Assembly: GCF_016026235.1 (NCBI RefSeq)
Contig: NZ_CP065613.1
Length of the DNA stretch: 64,000 bases
Strand: one strand, 5' to 3'
Source: Escherichia coli
GTDB lineage: Bacteria; Pseudomonadota; Gammaproteobacteria; Enterobacterales; Enterobacteriaceae
Every line of letters starts with the position of its first letter. Position 1 is the first letter of the stretch. The position numbers and the translations under genes are program-made. The notes beneath the pieces are model-generated. The model was not told the DNA's origin, made no database searches, and was given only the letters and a program-made list of their open reading frames with translations. Shown here one piece after another: positions 11,286-24,214 of the stretch.

Positions 11286-13307
11286 ATGCGTCTAAACCCC
11301 GGCCAACAACAAGCTGTCGAATTCGTTACCGGCCCCTGCCTGGTGCTGGCGGGCGCGGGTTCCGGTAAAACTCGTGTTATCACCAATAAAATCGCCCATC
11401 TGATCCGCGGTTGCGGTTATCAGGCGCGGCACATTGCGGCGGTGACCTTTACTAATAAAGCAGCGCGCGAGATGAAAGAGCGTGTAGGGCAGACGCTGGG
11501 GCGCAAAGAGGCGCGTGGGCTGATGATCTCCACTTTCCATACGTTGGGGCTGGATATCATCAAACGCGAGTATGCGGCGCTTGGGATGAAAGCGAACTTC
11601 TCGTTGTTTGACGATACCGATCAGCTTGCTTTGCTTAAAGAGTTGACCGAGGGGCTGATTGAAGATGACAAAGTTCTCCTGCAACAACTGATTTCGACCA
11701 TCTCTAACTGGAAGAATGATCTCAAAACACCGGCGCAGGCGGCGGCAGAGGCAAAGGGCGAGCGGGATCGTATTTTTGCCCATTGTTATGGGCTGTATGA
11801 TGCACACCTGAAAGCCTGTAACGTTCTCGACTTCGATGACCTGATTTTATTGCCGACGTTGCTGCTGCAACGCAATGAAGAAGTACGCGAGCGCTGGCAG
11901 AACAAAATTCGCTACCTGCTGGTGGATGAGTATCAGGACACCAACACCAGCCAGTATGAACTGGTGAAACTGCTGGTGGGCAGCCGCGCGCGCTTTACCG
12001 TGGTGGGTGACGATGACCAGTCGATCTACTCCTGGCGCGGTGCACGTCCGCAAAACCTGGTGCTGCTGAGTCAGGATTTTCCGGCGCTGAAGGTGATTAA
12101 GCTTGAGCAGAACTATCGCTCTTCTGGGCGTATTCTGAAAGCGGCGAACATCCTGATCGCCAATAACCCGCACGTCTTTGAAAAGCGTCTGTTCTCCGAA
12201 CTGGGTTACGGCACAGAGCTAAAAGTTTTAAGCGCGAATAACGAGGAACATGAAGCCGAGCGCGTTACTGGCGAGCTGATCGCCCATCACTTCGTCAATA
12301 AAACGCAGTACAAAGATTATGCCATTCTTTATCGCGGCAACCATCAGTCGCGGGTATTTGAAAAATTCCTGATGCAAAACCGCATCCCGTACAAAATATC
12401 CGGTGGTACGTCGTTTTTCTCTCGTCCTGAAATCAAGGACTTGCTGGCTTATCTGCGCGTGCTGACTAACCCGGACGATGACAGCGCATTTCTGCGTATC
12501 GTTAACACGCCGAAGCGAGAGATTGGCCCGGCGACGCTGAAAAAGTTGGGTGAATGGGCGATGACGCGCAATAAAAGCATGTTTACCGCCAGCTTTGATA
12601 TGGGCCTGAGTCAGACGCTTAGCGGACGTGGTTATGAAGCATTGACCCGCTTCACTCACTGGTTGGCAGAAATCCAGCGTCTGGCGGAGCGGGAGCCGAT
12701 TGCCGCGGTGCGTGATCTGATCCATGGCATGGATTATGAATCCTGGCTGTACGAAACATCGCCCAGCCCGAAAGCCGCCGAAATGCGCATGAAGAACGTC
12801 AACCAACTGTTTAGCTGGATGACGGAGATGCTGGAAGGCAGTGAACTGGATGAGCCGATGACGCTCACCCAGGTGGTGACGCGCTTTACTTTGCGCGACA
12901 TGATGGAGCGTGGTGAGAGTGAAGAAGAGCTGGATCAGGTGCAACTGATGACTCTCCACGCGTCGAAAGGGCTGGAGTTTCCTTATGTCTACATGGTCGG
13001 TATGGAAGAAGGGTTTTTGCCGCACCAGAGCAGCATCGATGAAGATAATATCGATGAGGAGCGGCGGCTGGCCTATGTCGGCATTACCCGCGCCCAGAAG
13101 GAATTGACCTTTACGCTGTGTAAAGAACGCCGTCAGTACGGCGAATTGGTGCGCCCGGAGCCGAGCCGCTTTTTGCTGGAGCTGCCGCAGGATGATCTGA
13201 TTTGGGAACAGGAGCGCAAAGTGGTCAGCGCCGAAGAACGGATGCAGAAAGGGCAAAGCCATCTGGCGAATCTGAAAGCGATGATGGCGGCAAAACGAGG
13301 GAAATAA
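11286..13307 (+). CDS. rep: ATP-dependent DNA helicase Rep
   Basis: ATG at 11286 inside track ORF 11235..13307; [31 protein letters not shown] (Walker A), 673 aa. Confidence 0.95.
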   Translation: MRLNPGQQQAVEFVTGPCLVLAGAGSGKTRVITNKIAHLIRGCGYQARHIAAVTFTNKAAREMKERVGQTLGRKEARGLMISTFHTLGLDIIKREYAALGMKANFSLFDDTDQLALLKELTEGLIEDDKVLLQQLISTISNWKNDLKTPAQAAAEAKGERDRIFAHCYGLYDAHLKACNVLDFDDLILLPTLLLQRNEEVRERWQNKIRYLLVDEYQDTNTSQYELVKLLVGSRARFTVVGDDDQSIYSWRGARPQNLVLLSQDFPALKVIKLEQNYRSSGRILKAANILIANNPHVFEKRLFSELGYGTELKVLSANNEEHEAERVTGELIAHHFVNKTQYKDYAILYRGNHQSRVFEKFLMQNRIPYKISGGTSFFSRPEIKDLLAYLRVLTNPDDDSAFLRIVNTPKREIGPATLKKLGEWAMTRNKSMFTASFDMGLSQTLSGRGYEALTRFTHWLAEIQRLAEREPIAAVRDLIHGMDYESWLYETSPSPKAAEMRMKNVNQLFSWMTEMLEGSELDEPMTLTQVVTRFTLRDMMERGESEEELDQVQLMTLHASKGLEFPYVYMVGMEEGFLPHQSSIDEDNIDEERRLAYVGITRAQKELTFTLCKERRQYGELVRPEPSRFLLELPQDDLIWEQERKVVSAEERMQKGQSHLANLKAMMAAKRGK

Positions 13308-13353
13308 TCAAGGCCGGAAAAGATGCGTCAGCATCGCATCCGGCACTTACTCA

Positions 13354-14838
13354 TTAATGCACTTCCAGCGGCCAGTGGACATAGCTCTGCCACTGGCTTT
13401 CCTGAGCAATAATCTCTTTACCCAGCGGATGTTGGGTTAGCCAACCTTGCGGAAGCGTCAAGGTCAACAGTTCATGGTTAGCCTGTAATGTCATCTCTGG
13501 CACGAGATCGTCACGGCGACGGCTGGCAAAAATGATGGCCAGGCGTAGTAAACGGCAGAGTTGTTCTGCGACGCGCGGCGGTACGGCATTTTGCTGATGC
13601 AGCGATGAGAGATCGACCGGATTAGTCTGGTTGAGCAGTAGCGTCGCCAGCAATTTTTTCTGTGCGGGGGTAAAACCGGGAAGATCCAGATTACGCACCA
13701 GATAAGCAGCGTGTTGCGGCGCTTGTTTGAAGTCAACGCTCAGGCCGATTTCATGAAGCTGACAGGCGCTGATGAGCAAATCGCGGCTTATTGCTTCAAG
13801 ATGCCATTCGTTTTCCACCTGATCGAAGAAGTTAGCCGCAACTTTGGCTACGCGCTGTGCCTGATCAATATCGATCATAAAGCGGCGTTGAATATTACGC
13901 AGCGTACGGCTGCGAATATCCTGGTCTACGGCCAGATGCAACATGCCGTAGACCAGGCCTTCACGCAGCGCACCGCCCGCCAGGGTCATACACTGAATAT
14001 TCAGTTCGGTAAAAATGGCGATCAGGATCGCCAGACCACTCGGGAACACTAACGCACGTTCCAGCGTCAGCCCGTCAATCTCCAGTTCCTCCAGCCGACC
14101 GCAATGAATGGCTCGCTGTTTCAATTGCTGCAACTTTTCCAGGGTAATGCGTTCATCCATCCCCTGTGCCATCATGATTTCCTGTAACGCCTGCACGGTG
14201 CCGGAAGCACCAACGCACACTTTCCAGCCGTGATACCGTAATTCATCGGCAACCGGACGTAACACTTCGCGTGCCGCTTTTTCTGCAGCATCAAAATTTT
14301 CCTGCCCCAGATTACGATCGGCAAAATAGCGTTCCAGCCAGGTGACGCAGCCCATCGACAGGCTGAACAACGAGGTGGTTTGTGCACCCGTGCCGGTTAC
14401 CAGTTCAGTACTGGCTCCGCCTATATCCACCACCAGGCGCTGATCGGCACCACCAGTGGTGTGAGCAACGCCCTGATAAATCAGACGTGCTTCCTCTTCA
14501 CCGCTGATCACCTGTACCGGACAACCGAGAATTTCCTGCGCTTTGGCAATAAAATCACCCGCATTGACGGCAAGGCGTAACGTCGCCGTAGCGACAACGC
14601 GAATTTGCGAGGGAGGAATATCTTGCAGACGTTCAGCAAACAGGCGCAAACATTGCCAACCGCGCTCCATTGCTTCATTGGAGAGGGCATTTTCGCTATT
14701 CAGGCCAGCAGCCAGACGCACTTTGCGTTTTATTCGCGTCAGCGTCTGGATGCTTCCAGCCACCTCGCGCACAACCAGCATATGAAAACTATTCGAACCG
14801 AGATCAATGGCTGCATACAGCGACGAGGTGGAACCCAT
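13354..14838 (-). CDS. gpp: guanosine pentaphosphate phosphohydrolase / exopolyphosphatase
   Basis: Track ORF 13354..14847; recalled GppA begins [20 protein letters not shown] (494 aa), so start placed at 14838; start choice +/- 9 nt. Confidence 0.9.
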   Translation of the reverse strand: MGSTSSLYAAIDLGSNSFHMLVVREVAGSIQTLTRIKRKVRLAAGLNSENALSNEAMERGWQCLRLFAERLQDIPPSQIRVVATATLRLAVNAGDFIAKAQEILGCPVQVISGEEEARLIYQGVAHTTGGADQRLVVDIGGASTELVTGTGAQTTSLFSLSMGCVTWLERYFADRNLGQENFDAAEKAAREVLRPVADELRYHGWKVCVGASGTVQALQEIMMAQGMDERITLEKLQQLKQRAIHCGRLEELEIDGLTLERALVFPSGLAILIAIFTELNIQCMTLAGGALREGLVYGMLHLAVDQDIRSRTLRNIQRRFMIDIDQAQRVAKVAANFFDQVENEWHLEAISRDLLISACQLHEIGLSVDFKQAPQHAAYLVRNLDLPGFTPAQKKLLATLLLNQTNPVDLSSLHQQNAVPPRVAEQLCRLLRLAIIFASRRRDDLVPEMTLQANHELLTLTLPQGWLTQHPLGKEIIAQESQWQSYVHWPLEVH

Positions 14839-14883
14839 ACTCTTCATCCTTCAATCTGTCTCTGTGTTGGCTGCATTCTTTCA

Positions 14884-14915
14884 CCTGAATCACTTACTAC
14901 AGTAAGTGATTCAGG
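14884..14915. repeat. perfect palindrome (15-bp arms, 2-nt centre) between rhlB stop and gpp start
   Basis: CCTGAATCACTTACT-AC-AGTAAGTGATTCAGG read directly; no flanking T-run. Confidence 0.7.
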
Positions 14916-14971
14916 ATTCATTCTCCTGCCATCTTGATACAGTTTGAATGATTTTGAGTATGACATTTTAT

Positions 14972-16237
14972 TTAACCTGAACGACGACGATTACGCGGAG
15001 CGCCAGTACGACGCGGACCATTGCCTGTACGTGGGCGCGTGAGGCGCAGCGGTTTTGGCAGATCGGTCATCAATGCGTCCGGATTGTATTTGCTTACCGG
15101 AATTGAGTGACCAATATAGGTCTCAATAGCAGGCAAATTCAATGCATACTCTTCACACGCCAGGCTGATAGAGTGACCGCTTGCGCCTGCGCGACCTGTA
15201 CGACCAATACGGTGAACGTAATCTTCACAGTCATCGGGTAAATCGTAGTTAAAGACGTGCGTCACTGCCGGAATATGCAAACCACGCGCGGCAACGTCGG
15301 TGGCAACCAGAATATCCAGATCGCCACGGGTAAATTCATCAAGAATACGCAGACGTTTTTTCTGCGCGACATCGCCTGTCAACAAACCGACACGATGACC
15401 ATCTGCCGCCAGGTGGCCCCAGATCTCTTCACAACGGTGTTTGGTGTTGGCGAAAATAATCGCTCTGTCTGGCCACTCTTCTTCGATCAGCGTTTGCAGC
15501 AAACGCATTTTTTCTTCGTTAGAAGGGTAGAAAAGCTCTTCTTTAATACGGTGGCCCGTTTTCTGTTCCGGTTCCACTTCAATATATTCGGCATTGTTCA
15601 TCTGCTCGAACGCCAGTTCACGTACCCGGTACGAAAGCGTGGCGGAGAACAGCATGTTGAGGCGCTGGTTTGCAGGCGGCATACGGCGGAACAGCCAGCG
15701 GATATCTTTAATAAAGCCCAGATCGTACATGCGATCGGCTTCGTCCAGTACCACCACCTGAATGGCACCGAGGTTAATGTGGTTCTGCTTGGCGTAGTCA
15801 ATTAAACGCCCCGTGGTGCCAATCAGAATGTCAACGCCGCTTTCCAGCACTTTCAGCTGTTTGTCGTAACCATCACCACCGTAAGCCAGACCCAGCTTCA
15901 GGCCGGTAGCTTCCGCCAGCGGTTCCGCATCGGCATGGATCTGCACGGCAAGTTCACGCGTCGGTGCCATAATTAAGGCACGCGGCTGATTCACCTTGCG
16001 ATCGACAATCGCGGGATGAGAGAGAAGATAATGAAACGTTGACGTAAGAAACGCCATCGTTTTCCCGGTACCGGTTTGCGCCTGCCCGGCTACGTCACGA
16101 CCCGCCAGCGTCAGCGGAAGGGCCAGTGCCTGAATGGGCGTACAGTTATGAAACCCTTTTTTTTCAAGGGCTTCTACAACCTTCGGATGCAGGGCGAAGT
16201 CGGAAAACTTCTGTTCTGTTAAATGTGTTTTGCTCAT
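14972..16237 (-). CDS. rhlB: DEAD-box RNA helicase RhlB
   Basis: 421-aa ORF; [18 protein letters not shown]..., AQTGTGKT and DEAD (VLDEADRM) motifs. Confidence 0.95.
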   Translation of the reverse strand: MSKTHLTEQKFSDFALHPKVVEALEKKGFHNCTPIQALALPLTLAGRDVAGQAQTGTGKTMAFLTSTFHYLLSHPAIVDRKVNQPRALIMAPTRELAVQIHADAEPLAEATGLKLGLAYGGDGYDKQLKVLESGVDILIGTTGRLIDYAKQNHINLGAIQVVVLDEADRMYDLGFIKDIRWLFRRMPPANQRLNMLFSATLSYRVRELAFEQMNNAEYIEVEPEQKTGHRIKEELFYPSNEEKMRLLQTLIEEEWPDRAIIFANTKHRCEEIWGHLAADGHRVGLLTGDVAQKKRLRILDEFTRGDLDILVATDVAARGLHIPAVTHVFNYDLPDDCEDYVHRIGRTGRAGASGHSISLACEEYALNLPAIETYIGHSIPVSKYNPDALMTDLPKPLRLTRPRTGNGPRRTGAPRNRRRSG

Positions 16238-16367
16238 AGTGTGGTAGAATATCAGCTTACTATTGCTTTACGAAAGCGTATCCGGTGAAATAAAGTCAAC
16301 CTTTAGTTGGTTAATGTTACACCAACAACGAAACCAACACGCCAGGCTTATTCCTGTGGAGTTATAT

Positions 16368-16697
16368 ATGAGCGATAAAATTATTCACCTGACTGACGAC
16401 AGTTTTGACACGGATGTACTCAAAGCGGACGGGGCGATCCTCGTCGATTTCTGGGCAGAGTGGTGCGGTCCGTGCAAAATGATCGCCCCGATTCTGGATG
16501 AAATCGCTGACGAATATCAGGGCAAACTGACCGTTGCAAAACTGAACATCGATCAAAACCCTGGCACTGCGCCGAAATATGGCATCCGTGGTATCCCGAC
16601 TCTGCTGCTGTTCAAAAACGGTGAAGTGGCGGCAACCAAAGTGGGCGCACTGTCTAAAGGTCAGTTGAAAGAGTTCCTCGACGCTAACCTGGCGTAA
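16368..16697 (+). CDS. trxA: thioredoxin 1
   Basis: ATG at 16368 inside track ORF; [37 protein letters not shown] (WCGPC active site), 109 aa. Confidence 0.97.
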
Positions 16698-16837
16698 GGG
16701 AATTTCATGTTCGGGTGCCCCGTCGCTAAAAACTGGACGCCCGGCGTGAGTCATGCTAACTTAGTGTTGACTTCGTATTAAACATACCTTATTAAGTTTG
16801 AATCTTGTAATTTCCAACGCTTCCCGTTTTATCTTAA

Positions 16838-16939
16838 ATGCGAAGTGAACAGATTTCTGGCTCGTCACTCAATCCGTCTTGTCGTTTCAGTTTTGCGTAC
16901 TCTCCTGTGACCAGGCAGCGAAAAGACATGAGTCGATGA
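16838..16939 (+). CDS. rhoL: rho leader peptide (33 aa)
   Basis: Read directly: MRSEQISGSSLNPSCRFSSAYSPVTRQRKDMSR*, upstream of rho. Confidence 0.75.
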   Translation: MRSEQISGSSLNPSCRFSFAYSPVTRQRKDMSR

Positions 16940-17023
16940 CCGTAAACAGGCATGGATGATCCTGCCATACCATTCACAACATTAAGTTCGAGATTTACCC
17001 CAAGTTTAAGAACTCACACCACT

Positions 17024-18283
17024 ATGAATCTTACCGAATTAAAGAATACGCCGGTTTCTGAGCTGATCACTCTCGGCGAAAATATGGGGCTGGAAAACCT
17101 GGCTCGTATGCGTAAGCAGGACATTATTTTTGCCATCCTGAAGCAGCACGCAAAGAGTGGCGAAGATATCTTTGGTGATGGCGTACTGGAGATATTGCAG
17201 GATGGATTTGGTTTCCTCCGTTCCGCAGACAGCTCCTACCTCGCCGGTCCTGATGACATCTACGTTTCCCCTAGCCAAATCCGCCGTTTCAACCTCCGCA
17301 CTGGTGATACCATCTCTGGTAAGATTCGCCCGCCGAAAGAAGGTGAACGCTATTTTGCGCTGCTGAAAGTTAACGAAGTTAACTTCGACAAACCTGAAAA
17401 CGCCCGCAACAAAATCCTCTTTGAGAACTTAACCCCGCTGCACGCAAACTCTCGTCTGCGTATGGAACGTGGTAACGGTTCTACTGAAGATTTAACCGCT
17501 CGCGTACTGGATCTGGCATCACCTATCGGTCGTGGTCAGCGTGGTCTGATTGTGGCACCGCCGAAAGCCGGTAAAACCATGCTGCTGCAGAACATTGCTC
17601 AGAGCATTGCTTACAACCACCCGGATTGTGTGCTGATGGTTCTGCTGATCGACGAACGTCCGGAAGAAGTAACCGAGATGCAGCGTCTGGTAAAAGGTGA
17701 AGTTGTTGCTTCTACCTTTGACGAACCCGCATCTCGCCACGTTCAGGTTGCGGAAATGGTGATCGAGAAGGCGAAACGCCTGGTTGAGCACAAGAAAGAC
17801 GTTATCATTCTGCTCGACTCCATCACTCGTCTGGCGCGTGCTTACAACACCGTTGTTCCGGCGTCAGGTAAAGTGTTGACCGGTGGTGTGGACGCCAACG
17901 CCCTGCATCGTCCGAAACGCTTCTTTGGTGCGGCGCGTAACGTGGAAGAGGGCGGCAGCCTGACCATTATCGCGACGGCGCTTATCGATACCGGTTCTAA
18001 AATGGACGAAGTTATTTACGAAGAGTTTAAAGGTACAGGCAACATGGAACTGCACCTCTCTCGTAAGATCGCTGAAAAACGCGTCTTCCCGGCTATCGAC
18101 TACAACCGTTCCGGTACCCGTAAAGAAGAACTGCTCACTACTCAGGAAGAACTGCAGAAAATGTGGATCCTGCGCAAAATCATTCACCCGATGGGCGAAA
18201 TCGATGCAATGGAATTCCTCATTAATAAACTGGCAATGACCAAGACCAATGACGATTTCTTCGAAATGATGAAACGCTCATAA
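17024..18283 (+). CDS. rho: transcription termination factor Rho
   Basis: ATG at 17024 inside track ORF 16952..18283; [25 protein letters not shown]..., 419 aa. Confidence 0.97.
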
Positions 18284-18296
18284 ATTTGTCTTATGC

Positions 18297-18332
18297 CAAA
18301 AACGCCACGTGTTTACGTGGCGTTTTGCTTTT
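18297..18332 (+). terminator. rho-independent terminator after rho
   Basis: AAAAACGCCACGTG-TTTA-CGTGGCGTTTT hairpin followed by T-rich tract. Confidence 0.8.
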
Positions 18333-18522
18333 ATATCTGTAATCTTAATGCCGCGCTGGCGATGTTAGGAAAATTCCTGGAATTTGCTGGCATGTTATGC
18401 AATTTGCATATCAAATGGTTAATTTTTGCACAGGACTGGTGGGTTCGGAACGGACTTTCCCTTCTGAATAAAGGTCTTCGTGGTTATACTTCTGCTAATA
18501 ATTTTCTCTGAGAGCATGCATT

Positions 18523-19626
18523 GTGAATTTACTGACAGTGAGTACTGATCTCATCAGTATTTTTTTATTCACGACACTGTTTCTGTTTTTTGCCCGTAAG
18601 GTGGCAAAAAAAGTCGGTTTAGTGGATAAACCAAACTTCCGCAAACGTCACCAGGGATTGATACCTCTCGTTGGGGGGATTTCGGTTTACGCAGGGATTT
18701 GCTTCACGTTCGGAATTGTCGATTACTATATTCCGCATGCATCTCTCTATCTCGCTTGTGCCGGTGTGCTTGTTTTCATTGGCGCGCTGGATGACCGTTT
18801 TGATATCAGCGTAAAAATCCGTGCCACCATACAGGCCGCTGTTGGCATTGTTATGATGGTGTTCGGCAAACTTTATCTCAGTAGCCTGGGTTATATCTTT
18901 GGCTCCTGGGAGATGGTGCTCGGACCGTTTGGTTACTTCCTGACGCTATTTGCCGTCTGGGCGGCCATTAATGCGTTCAACATGGTTGATGGCATTGATG
19001 GCTTGCTGGGCGGGTTGTCCTGCGTCTCGTTTGCAGCAATCGGTATGATTTTGTGGTTCGACGGGCAAACCAGCCTCGCAATCTGGTGCTTTGCGATGAT
19101 CGCCGCCATCCTGCCATACATCATGCTTAACCTTGGTATCCTGGGTCGCCGCTACAAAGTCTTTATGGGTGATGCGGGCAGTACGCTGATTGGTTTTACC
19201 GTTATCTGGATCCTGCTCGAAACGACCCAGGGCAAAACCCATCCCATCAGCCCGGTTACCGCTTTGTGGATAATCGCCATTCCGCTAATGGATATGGTGG
19301 CGATTATGTACCGTCGCCTGCGTAAAGGCATGAGCCCATTCTCTCCTGACCGTCAGCATATTCACCATTTGATCATGCGTGCCGGGTTTACTTCCCGTCA
19401 GGCGTTTGTGCTGATTACCCTTGCCGCAGCACTGCTCGCTTCCATTGGCGTGCTGGCAGAATATTCTCATTTTGTCCCGGAGTGGGTCATGCTGGTGCTC
19501 TTTTTGCTAGCATTCTTCCTCTATGGATATTGCATTAAGCGTGCCTGGAAAGTTGCTCGCTTTATTAAGCGCGTAAAACGCAGACTGCGTAGAAATCGTG
19601 GTGGCAGCCCCAATTTAACCAAATAA
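18523..19626 (+). CDS. wecA: UDP-GlcNAc:undecaprenyl-phosphate GlcNAc-1-phosphate transferase
   Basis: 367-aa polytopic membrane ORF MNLLTVSTDLISIFLF...; first gene of ECA cluster. Confidence 0.93.
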   Translation: MNLLTVSTDLISIFLFTTLFLFFARKVAKKVGLVDKPNFRKRHQGLIPLVGGISVYAGICFTFGIVDYYIPHASLYLACAGVLVFIGALDDRFDISVKIRATIQAAVGIVMMVFGKLYLSSLGYIFGSWEMVLGPFGYFLTLFAVWAAINAFNMVDGIDGLLGGLSCVSFAAIGMILWFDGQTSLAIWCFAMIAAILPYIMLNLGILGRRYKVFMGDAGSTLIGFTVIWILLETTQGKTHPISPVTALWIIAIPLMDMVAIMYRRLRKGMSPFSPDRQHIHHLIMRAGFTSRQAFVLITLAAALLASIGVLAEYSHFVPEWVMLVLFLLAFFLYGYCIKRAWKVARFIKRVKRRLRRNRGGSPNLTK

Positions 19627-19637
19627 ATGAGGATGTG

Positions 19638-20684
19638 ATGACACAACCAATGCCTGGGAAACCGGCCGAAGACGCTGAAAATGAACTGGATATTCGTGGG
19701 TTGTTTCGTACCTTGTGGGCTGGGAAGCTATGGATTATTGGCATGGGGCTGGCGTTTGCGTTAATCGCGCTGGCGTATACTTTTTTTGCTCGTCAGGAGT
19801 GGAGCTCGACGGCGATTACCGATCGTCCAACGGTGAATATGCTGGGGGGATATTACTCGCAGCAGCAATTTTTGCGTAACCTGGATGTCCGTTCAAACAT
19901 GGCTTCTGCCGATCAACCATCGGTCATGGACGAAGCCTATAAAGAGTTTGTTATGCAACTGGCCTCGTGGGATACCCGCAGAGAGTTCTGGCTGCAAACC
20001 GACTATTACAAACAGCGGATGGTGGGCAACAGCAAAGCCGATGCGGCGTTGCTGGATGAAATGATTAACAACATCCAGTTTATCCCCGGAGACTTTACCC
20101 GCGCGGTCAATGACAGCGTGAAGCTTATTGCCGAAACCGCGCCTGACGCTAATAACCTGTTACGTCAGTATGTTGCTTTTGCCAGCCAGCGTGCAGCCAG
20201 CCATCTGAATGATGAGCTGAAAGGCGCATGGGCGGCGCGTACCATCCAGATGAAAGCACAGGTGAAGCGTCAGGAAGAGGTGGCGAAAGCCATCTACGAC
20301 CGCCGGATGAACAGTATTGAACAGGCGCTGAAAATTGCTGAGCAGCATAATATTTCGCGCAGTGCGACAGATGTGCCTGCCGAGGAATTACCTGATTCAG
20401 AAATGTTCCTGCTTGGGCGTCCAATGCTCCAGGCTCGACTGGAAAATTTACAGGCCGTCGGTCCGGCCTTTGATCTCGACTATGATCAGAATCGGGCCAT
20501 GTTAAACACCCTGAATGTTGGTCCAACCCTGGATCCGCGTTTTCAGACCTATCGCTATTTGCGTACGCCGGAAGAACCGGTAAAACGCGATAGCCCACGT
20601 CGTGCCTTCCTGATGATTATGTGGGGCATTGTCGGGGGGCTGATCGGGGCTGGTGTCGCATTAACCCGCCGTTGCTCGAAATAG
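19638..20684 (+). CDS. wzzE: ECA polysaccharide chain-length regulator
   Basis: [22 protein letters not shown]...; ATG at 19638 (track ORF starts one codon earlier at GTG 19635); 348 aa. Confidence 0.92.
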   Translation: MTQPMPGKPAEDAENELDIRGLFRTLWAGKLWIIGMGLAFALIALAYTFFARQEWSSTAITDRPTVNMLGGYYSQQQFLRNLDVRSNMASADQPSVMDEAYKEFVMQLASWDTRREFWLQTDYYKQRMVGNSKADAALLDEMINNIQFIPGDFTRAVNDSVKLIAETAPDANNLLRQYVAFASQRAASHLNDELKGAWAARTIQMKAQVKRQEEVAKAIYDRRMNSIEQALKIAEQHNISRSATDVPAEELPDSEMFLLGRPMLQARLENLQAVGPAFDLDYDQNRAMLNTLNVGPTLDPRFQTYRYLRTPEEPVKRDSPRRAFLMIMWGIVGGLIGAGVALTRRCSK

Positions 20685-20739
20685 CAACACTGCTGCGGTG
20701 AGCGCAAAGGCGCTCGCCGCTTATTCGAAGAGAATCGAT

Positions 20740-21870
20740 GTGAAAGTACTGACTGTATTTGGTACGCGCCCGGAAGCCATCAAGATGGCGCCGTTGGTGC
20801 ATGCGTTGGCAAAAGATCCTTTTTTTGAGGCTAAAGTTTGCGTCACTGCGCAGCATCGGGAGATGCTCGATCAGGTGCTGAAACTCTTTTCCATTGTACC
20901 TGACTACGATCTCAACATAATGCAGCCAGGACAGGGCCTGACAGAGATAACCTGTCGGATTCTGGAAGGGCTAAAACCTATTCTTGCCGAGTTCAAACCA
21001 GACGTCGTGCTGGTTCACGGCGACACAACAACGACGCTGGCAACCAGCCTGGCGGCGTTTTATCAGCGTATTCCTGTTGGTCACGTTGAGGCTGGTTTAC
21101 GCACGGGCGATCTCTATTCGCCGTGGCCGGAAGAGGCTAACCGTACATTGACCGGGCATCTGGCGATGTATCACTTCTCTCCAACCGAAACTTCCCGGCA
21201 AAACTTGCTGCGTGAAAACGTTGCGGATAGCCGAATCTTCATTACCGGTAATACAGTCATTGATGCACTGTTATGGGTGCGTGACCAGGTGATGAGCAGC
21301 GACACGCTGCGTTCAGAACTGGCGGCAAATTACCCGTTTATCGACCCCGATAAAAAGATGATTCTGGTGACCGGTCACAGGCGTGAGAGTTTCGGTCGTG
21401 GTTTTGAAGAAATCTGCCACGCGTTGGCAGACATTGCCACCACGCACCAGGACATCCAGATTGTCTATCCGGTGCATCTCAACCCGAACGTCAGAGAGCC
21501 GGTCAATCGCATTCTGGGGCATGTGAAAAATGTCATTCTGATCGATCCCCAGGAGTATTTACCGTTTGTCTGGCTGATGAACCACGCCTGGCTGATTTTG
21601 ACCGACTCAGGCGGCATTCAGGAAGAAGCGCCTTCGCTGGGGAAACCGGTGCTGGTGATGCGCGATACCACTGAGCGTCCGGAAGCGGTGACGGCGGGTA
21701 CGGTGCGTCTGGTAGGCACGGATAAGCAGCGAATTGTCGAGGAAGTGACGCGTCTTTTAAAAGACGAAAACGAATATCAAACTATGAGCTGCGCCCATAA
21801 CCCGTATGGTGATGGTCAGGCATGCTCTCGCATTCTGGAAGCGTTAAAAAATAATCGGATATCACTATGA
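20740..21870 (+). CDS. wecB: UDP-N-acetylglucosamine 2-epimerase
   Basis: GTG at 20740 inside track ORF 20698..21870 gives [23 protein letters not shown]... (376 aa). Confidence 0.92.
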   Translation: MKVLTVFGTRPEAIKMAPLVHALAKDPFFEAKVCVTAQHREMLDQVLKLFSIVPDYDLNIMQPGQGLTEITCRILEGLKPILAEFKPDVVLVHGDTTTTLATSLAAFYQRIPVGHVEAGLRTGDLYSPWPEEANRTLTGHLAMYHFSPTETSRQNLLRENVADSRIFITGNTVIDALLWVRDQVMSSDTLRSELAANYPFIDPDKKMILVTGHRRESFGRGFEEICHALADIATTHQDIQIVYPVHLNPNVREPVNRILGHVKNVILIDPQEYLPFVWLMNHAWLILTDSGGIQEEAPSLGKPVLVMRDTTERPEAVTAGTVRLVGTDKQRIVEEVTRLLKDENEYQTMSCAHNPYGDGQACSRILEALKNNRISL

Positions 21871-23129
21871 GTTTTGCGACCATTTCTGTTATCGGACTGG
21901 GTTACATCGGGCTGCCTACAGCAGCAGCGTTTGCCTCACGGCAAAAACAGGTGATTGGTGTCGATATCAACCAACACGCGGTTGATACCATCAATCGTGG
22001 CGAAATCCATATCGTCGAACCTGATTTGGCGAGCGTAGTAAAAACTGCCGTAGAAGGCGGTTTTTTACGAGCGAGCACGACGCCAGTTGAAGCGGATGCC
22101 TGGCTGATTGCTGTACCCACGCCGTTTAAAGGCGATCATGAGCCAGATATGACCTACGTTGAATCGGCTGCTCGCTCCATTGCGCCAGTGCTGAAAAAAG
22201 GCGCGCTGGTGATCCTTGAATCCACCTCGCCGGTGGGGTCAACCGAGAAGATGGCAGAATGGTTAGCAGAGATGCGTCCGGATCTCACTTTCCCACAGCA
22301 GGTGGGCGAGCAGGCGGACGTCAACATTGCTTACTGCCCGGAACGCGTGTTACCGGGCCAGGTTATGGTCGAGCTGATTAAAAACGATCGCGTGATTGGT
22401 GGTATGACGCCGGTTTGTTCGACCCGCGCCAGCGAACTGTACAAAATTTTCCTCGAAGGTGAGTGTGTCGTCACTAACTCGCGGACGGCGGAAATGTGTA
22501 AGCTCACCGAAAACAGCTTCCGCGATGTGAATATCGCTTTTGCTAATGAATTGTCGCTGATTTGTGCCGATCAGGGGATTAACGTCTGGGAACTGATTCG
22601 CCTGGCGAATCGTCACCCTCGCGTTAATATTCTTCAGCCTGGCCCTGGCGTGGGCGGTCACTGCATTGCTGTTGATCCGTGGTTTATCGTGGCACAGAAC
22701 CCCCAGCAGGCGCGGCTTATCCGTACCGCGCGCGAAGTGAACGATCACAAACCGTTCTGGGTTATCGATCAGGTGAAAGCGGCGGTGGCTGATTGCCTGG
22801 CGGCTACCGATAAACGCGCCAGTGAACTGAAAATCGCCTGCTTTGGTCTGGCGTTTAAACCGAATATTGATGACCTGCGCGAAAGCCCGGCGATGGAAAT
22901 CGCTGAACTGATCGCCCAGTGGCATAGCGGCGAAACTCTGGTTGTTGAGCCTAACATCCACCAGTTGCCGAAAAAACTGACCGGGCTTTGTACTCTGGCG
23001 CAGCTTGACGAGGCGCTGGCAACGGCAGACGTGCTGGTGATGCTGGTCGATCATAGTCAGTTTAAAGTTATCAATGGCGACAATGTCCATCAGCAGTATG
23101 TCGTCGATGCCAAAGGAGTCTGGCGCTGA
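21867..23129 (+). CDS. wecC: UDP-N-acetyl-D-mannosamine dehydrogenase
   Basis: 420-aa [25 protein letters not shown] (Rossmann GxGxxG); 4-bp overlap with wecB. Confidence 0.95.
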   Translation: MSFATISVIGLGYIGLPTAAAFASRQKQVIGVDINQHAVDTINRGEIHIVEPDLASVVKTAVEGGFLRASTTPVEADAWLIAVPTPFKGDHEPDMTYVESAARSIAPVLKKGALVILESTSPVGSTEKMAEWLAEMRPDLTFPQQVGEQADVNIAYCPERVLPGQVMVELIKNDRVIGGMTPVCSTRASELYKIFLEGECVVTNSRTAEMCKLTENSFRDVNIAFANELSLICADQGINVWELIRLANRHPRVNILQPGPGVGGHCIAVDPWFIVAQNPQQARLIRTAREVNDHKPFWVIDQVKAAVADCLAATDKRASELKIACFGLAFKPNIDDLRESPAMEIAELIAQWHSGETLVVEPNIHQLPKKLTGLCTLAQLDEALATADVLVMLVDHSQFKVINGDNVHQQYVVDAKGVWR

Positions 23130-24196
23130 TGAGAAAAATTCTGATAACAGGTGGTGCCGGGTTTATTGGCTCGGCGCTGGTGCGTTATATCATCAACGAA
23201 ACGAGCGACGCGGTGGTAGTGGTCGATAAGCTGACCTACGCCGGAAACCTGATGTCGCTGGCACCGGTCGCGCAAAGCGAGCGCTTTGCCTTTGAGAAAG
23301 TTGATATCTGCGATCGGGCAGAACTGGCACGCGTATTCACTGAGCATCAGCCAGACTGTGTCATGCATCTGGCAGCCGAAAGCCATGTTGACCGTTCTAT
23401 TGACGGCCCGGCAGCGTTTATTGAAACCAACATTGTCGGGACTTATACATTGCTTGAAGCGGCGCGGGCTTACTGGAATACGCTGACGGAAGATAAAAAA
23501 TCAGCGTTCCGTTTTCATCATATCTCCACCGACGAAGTATATGGTGACCTGCACTCGACGGATGATTTCTTCACCGAAACCACGCCGTATGCGCCGAGCA
23601 GCCCTTATTCCGCGTCAAAAGCCAGCAGCGACCATCTGGTGCGCGCCTGGCTGCGGACCTACGGTCTGCCGACGCTTATCACCAACTGCTCGAATAACTA
23701 CGGTCCTTACCACTTTCCGGAAAAACTGATCCCGCTGATGATCCTCAACGCGCTGGCGGGTAAACCGCTGCCGGTATATGGCAACGGGCAGCAAATCCGT
23801 GACTGGCTGTATGTGGAAGATCACGCCCGCGCGCTGTATTGCGTGGCGACCACCGGGAAAGTCGGTGAAACCTATAATATTGGTGGTCACAACGAGCGTA
23901 AGAATCTCGATGTTGTGGAAACCATTTGCGAGCTGCTGGAAGAACTGGCTCAGAACAAGCCGCACGGCGTGGTGCACTATCGTGACTTGATCACCTTTGT
24001 CGCTGACCGTCCGGGGCATGATCTGCGTTATGCCATTGATGCTTCGAAAATTGCCCGTGAACTTGGTTGGCTGCCACAGGAAACCTTTGAAAGTGGAATG
24101 CGTAAAACGGTGCAGTGGTATCTGGCTAATGAAAGCTGGTGGAAGCAGGTGCAGGACGGCAGCTATCAGGGCGAGCGTTTAGGTCTGAAAGGCTAA
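23129..24196 (+). CDS. rffG: dTDP-glucose 4,6-dehydratase
   Basis: 355-aa [23 protein letters not shown]...; SDR signature YxxxK. Confidence 0.95.
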   Translation: MRKILITGGAGFIGSALVRYIINETSDAVVVVDKLTYAGNLMSLAPVAQSERFAFEKVDICDRAELARVFTEHQPDCVMHLAAESHVDRSIDGPAAFIETNIVGTYTLLEAARAYWNTLTEDKKSAFRFHHISTDEVYGDLHSTDDFFTETTPYAPSSPYSASKASSDHLVRAWLRTYGLPTLITNCSNNYGPYHFPEKLIPLMILNALAGKPLPVYGNGQQIRDWLYVEDHARALYCVATTGKVGETYNIGGHNERKNLDVVETICELLEELAQNKPHGVVHYRDLITFVADRPGHDLRYAIDASKIARELGWLPQETFESGMRKTVQWYLANESWWKQVQDGSYQGERLGLKG

Positions 24197-24214
24197 TTTT
24201 CAGCGGAGGCAAAC

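Noticed and set aside
18293-18511. 72-aa plus-strand ORF between rho and wecA
   Set aside because: Begins inside the rho terminator hairpin and runs through the wecA promoter region; no SD; probably non-coding.
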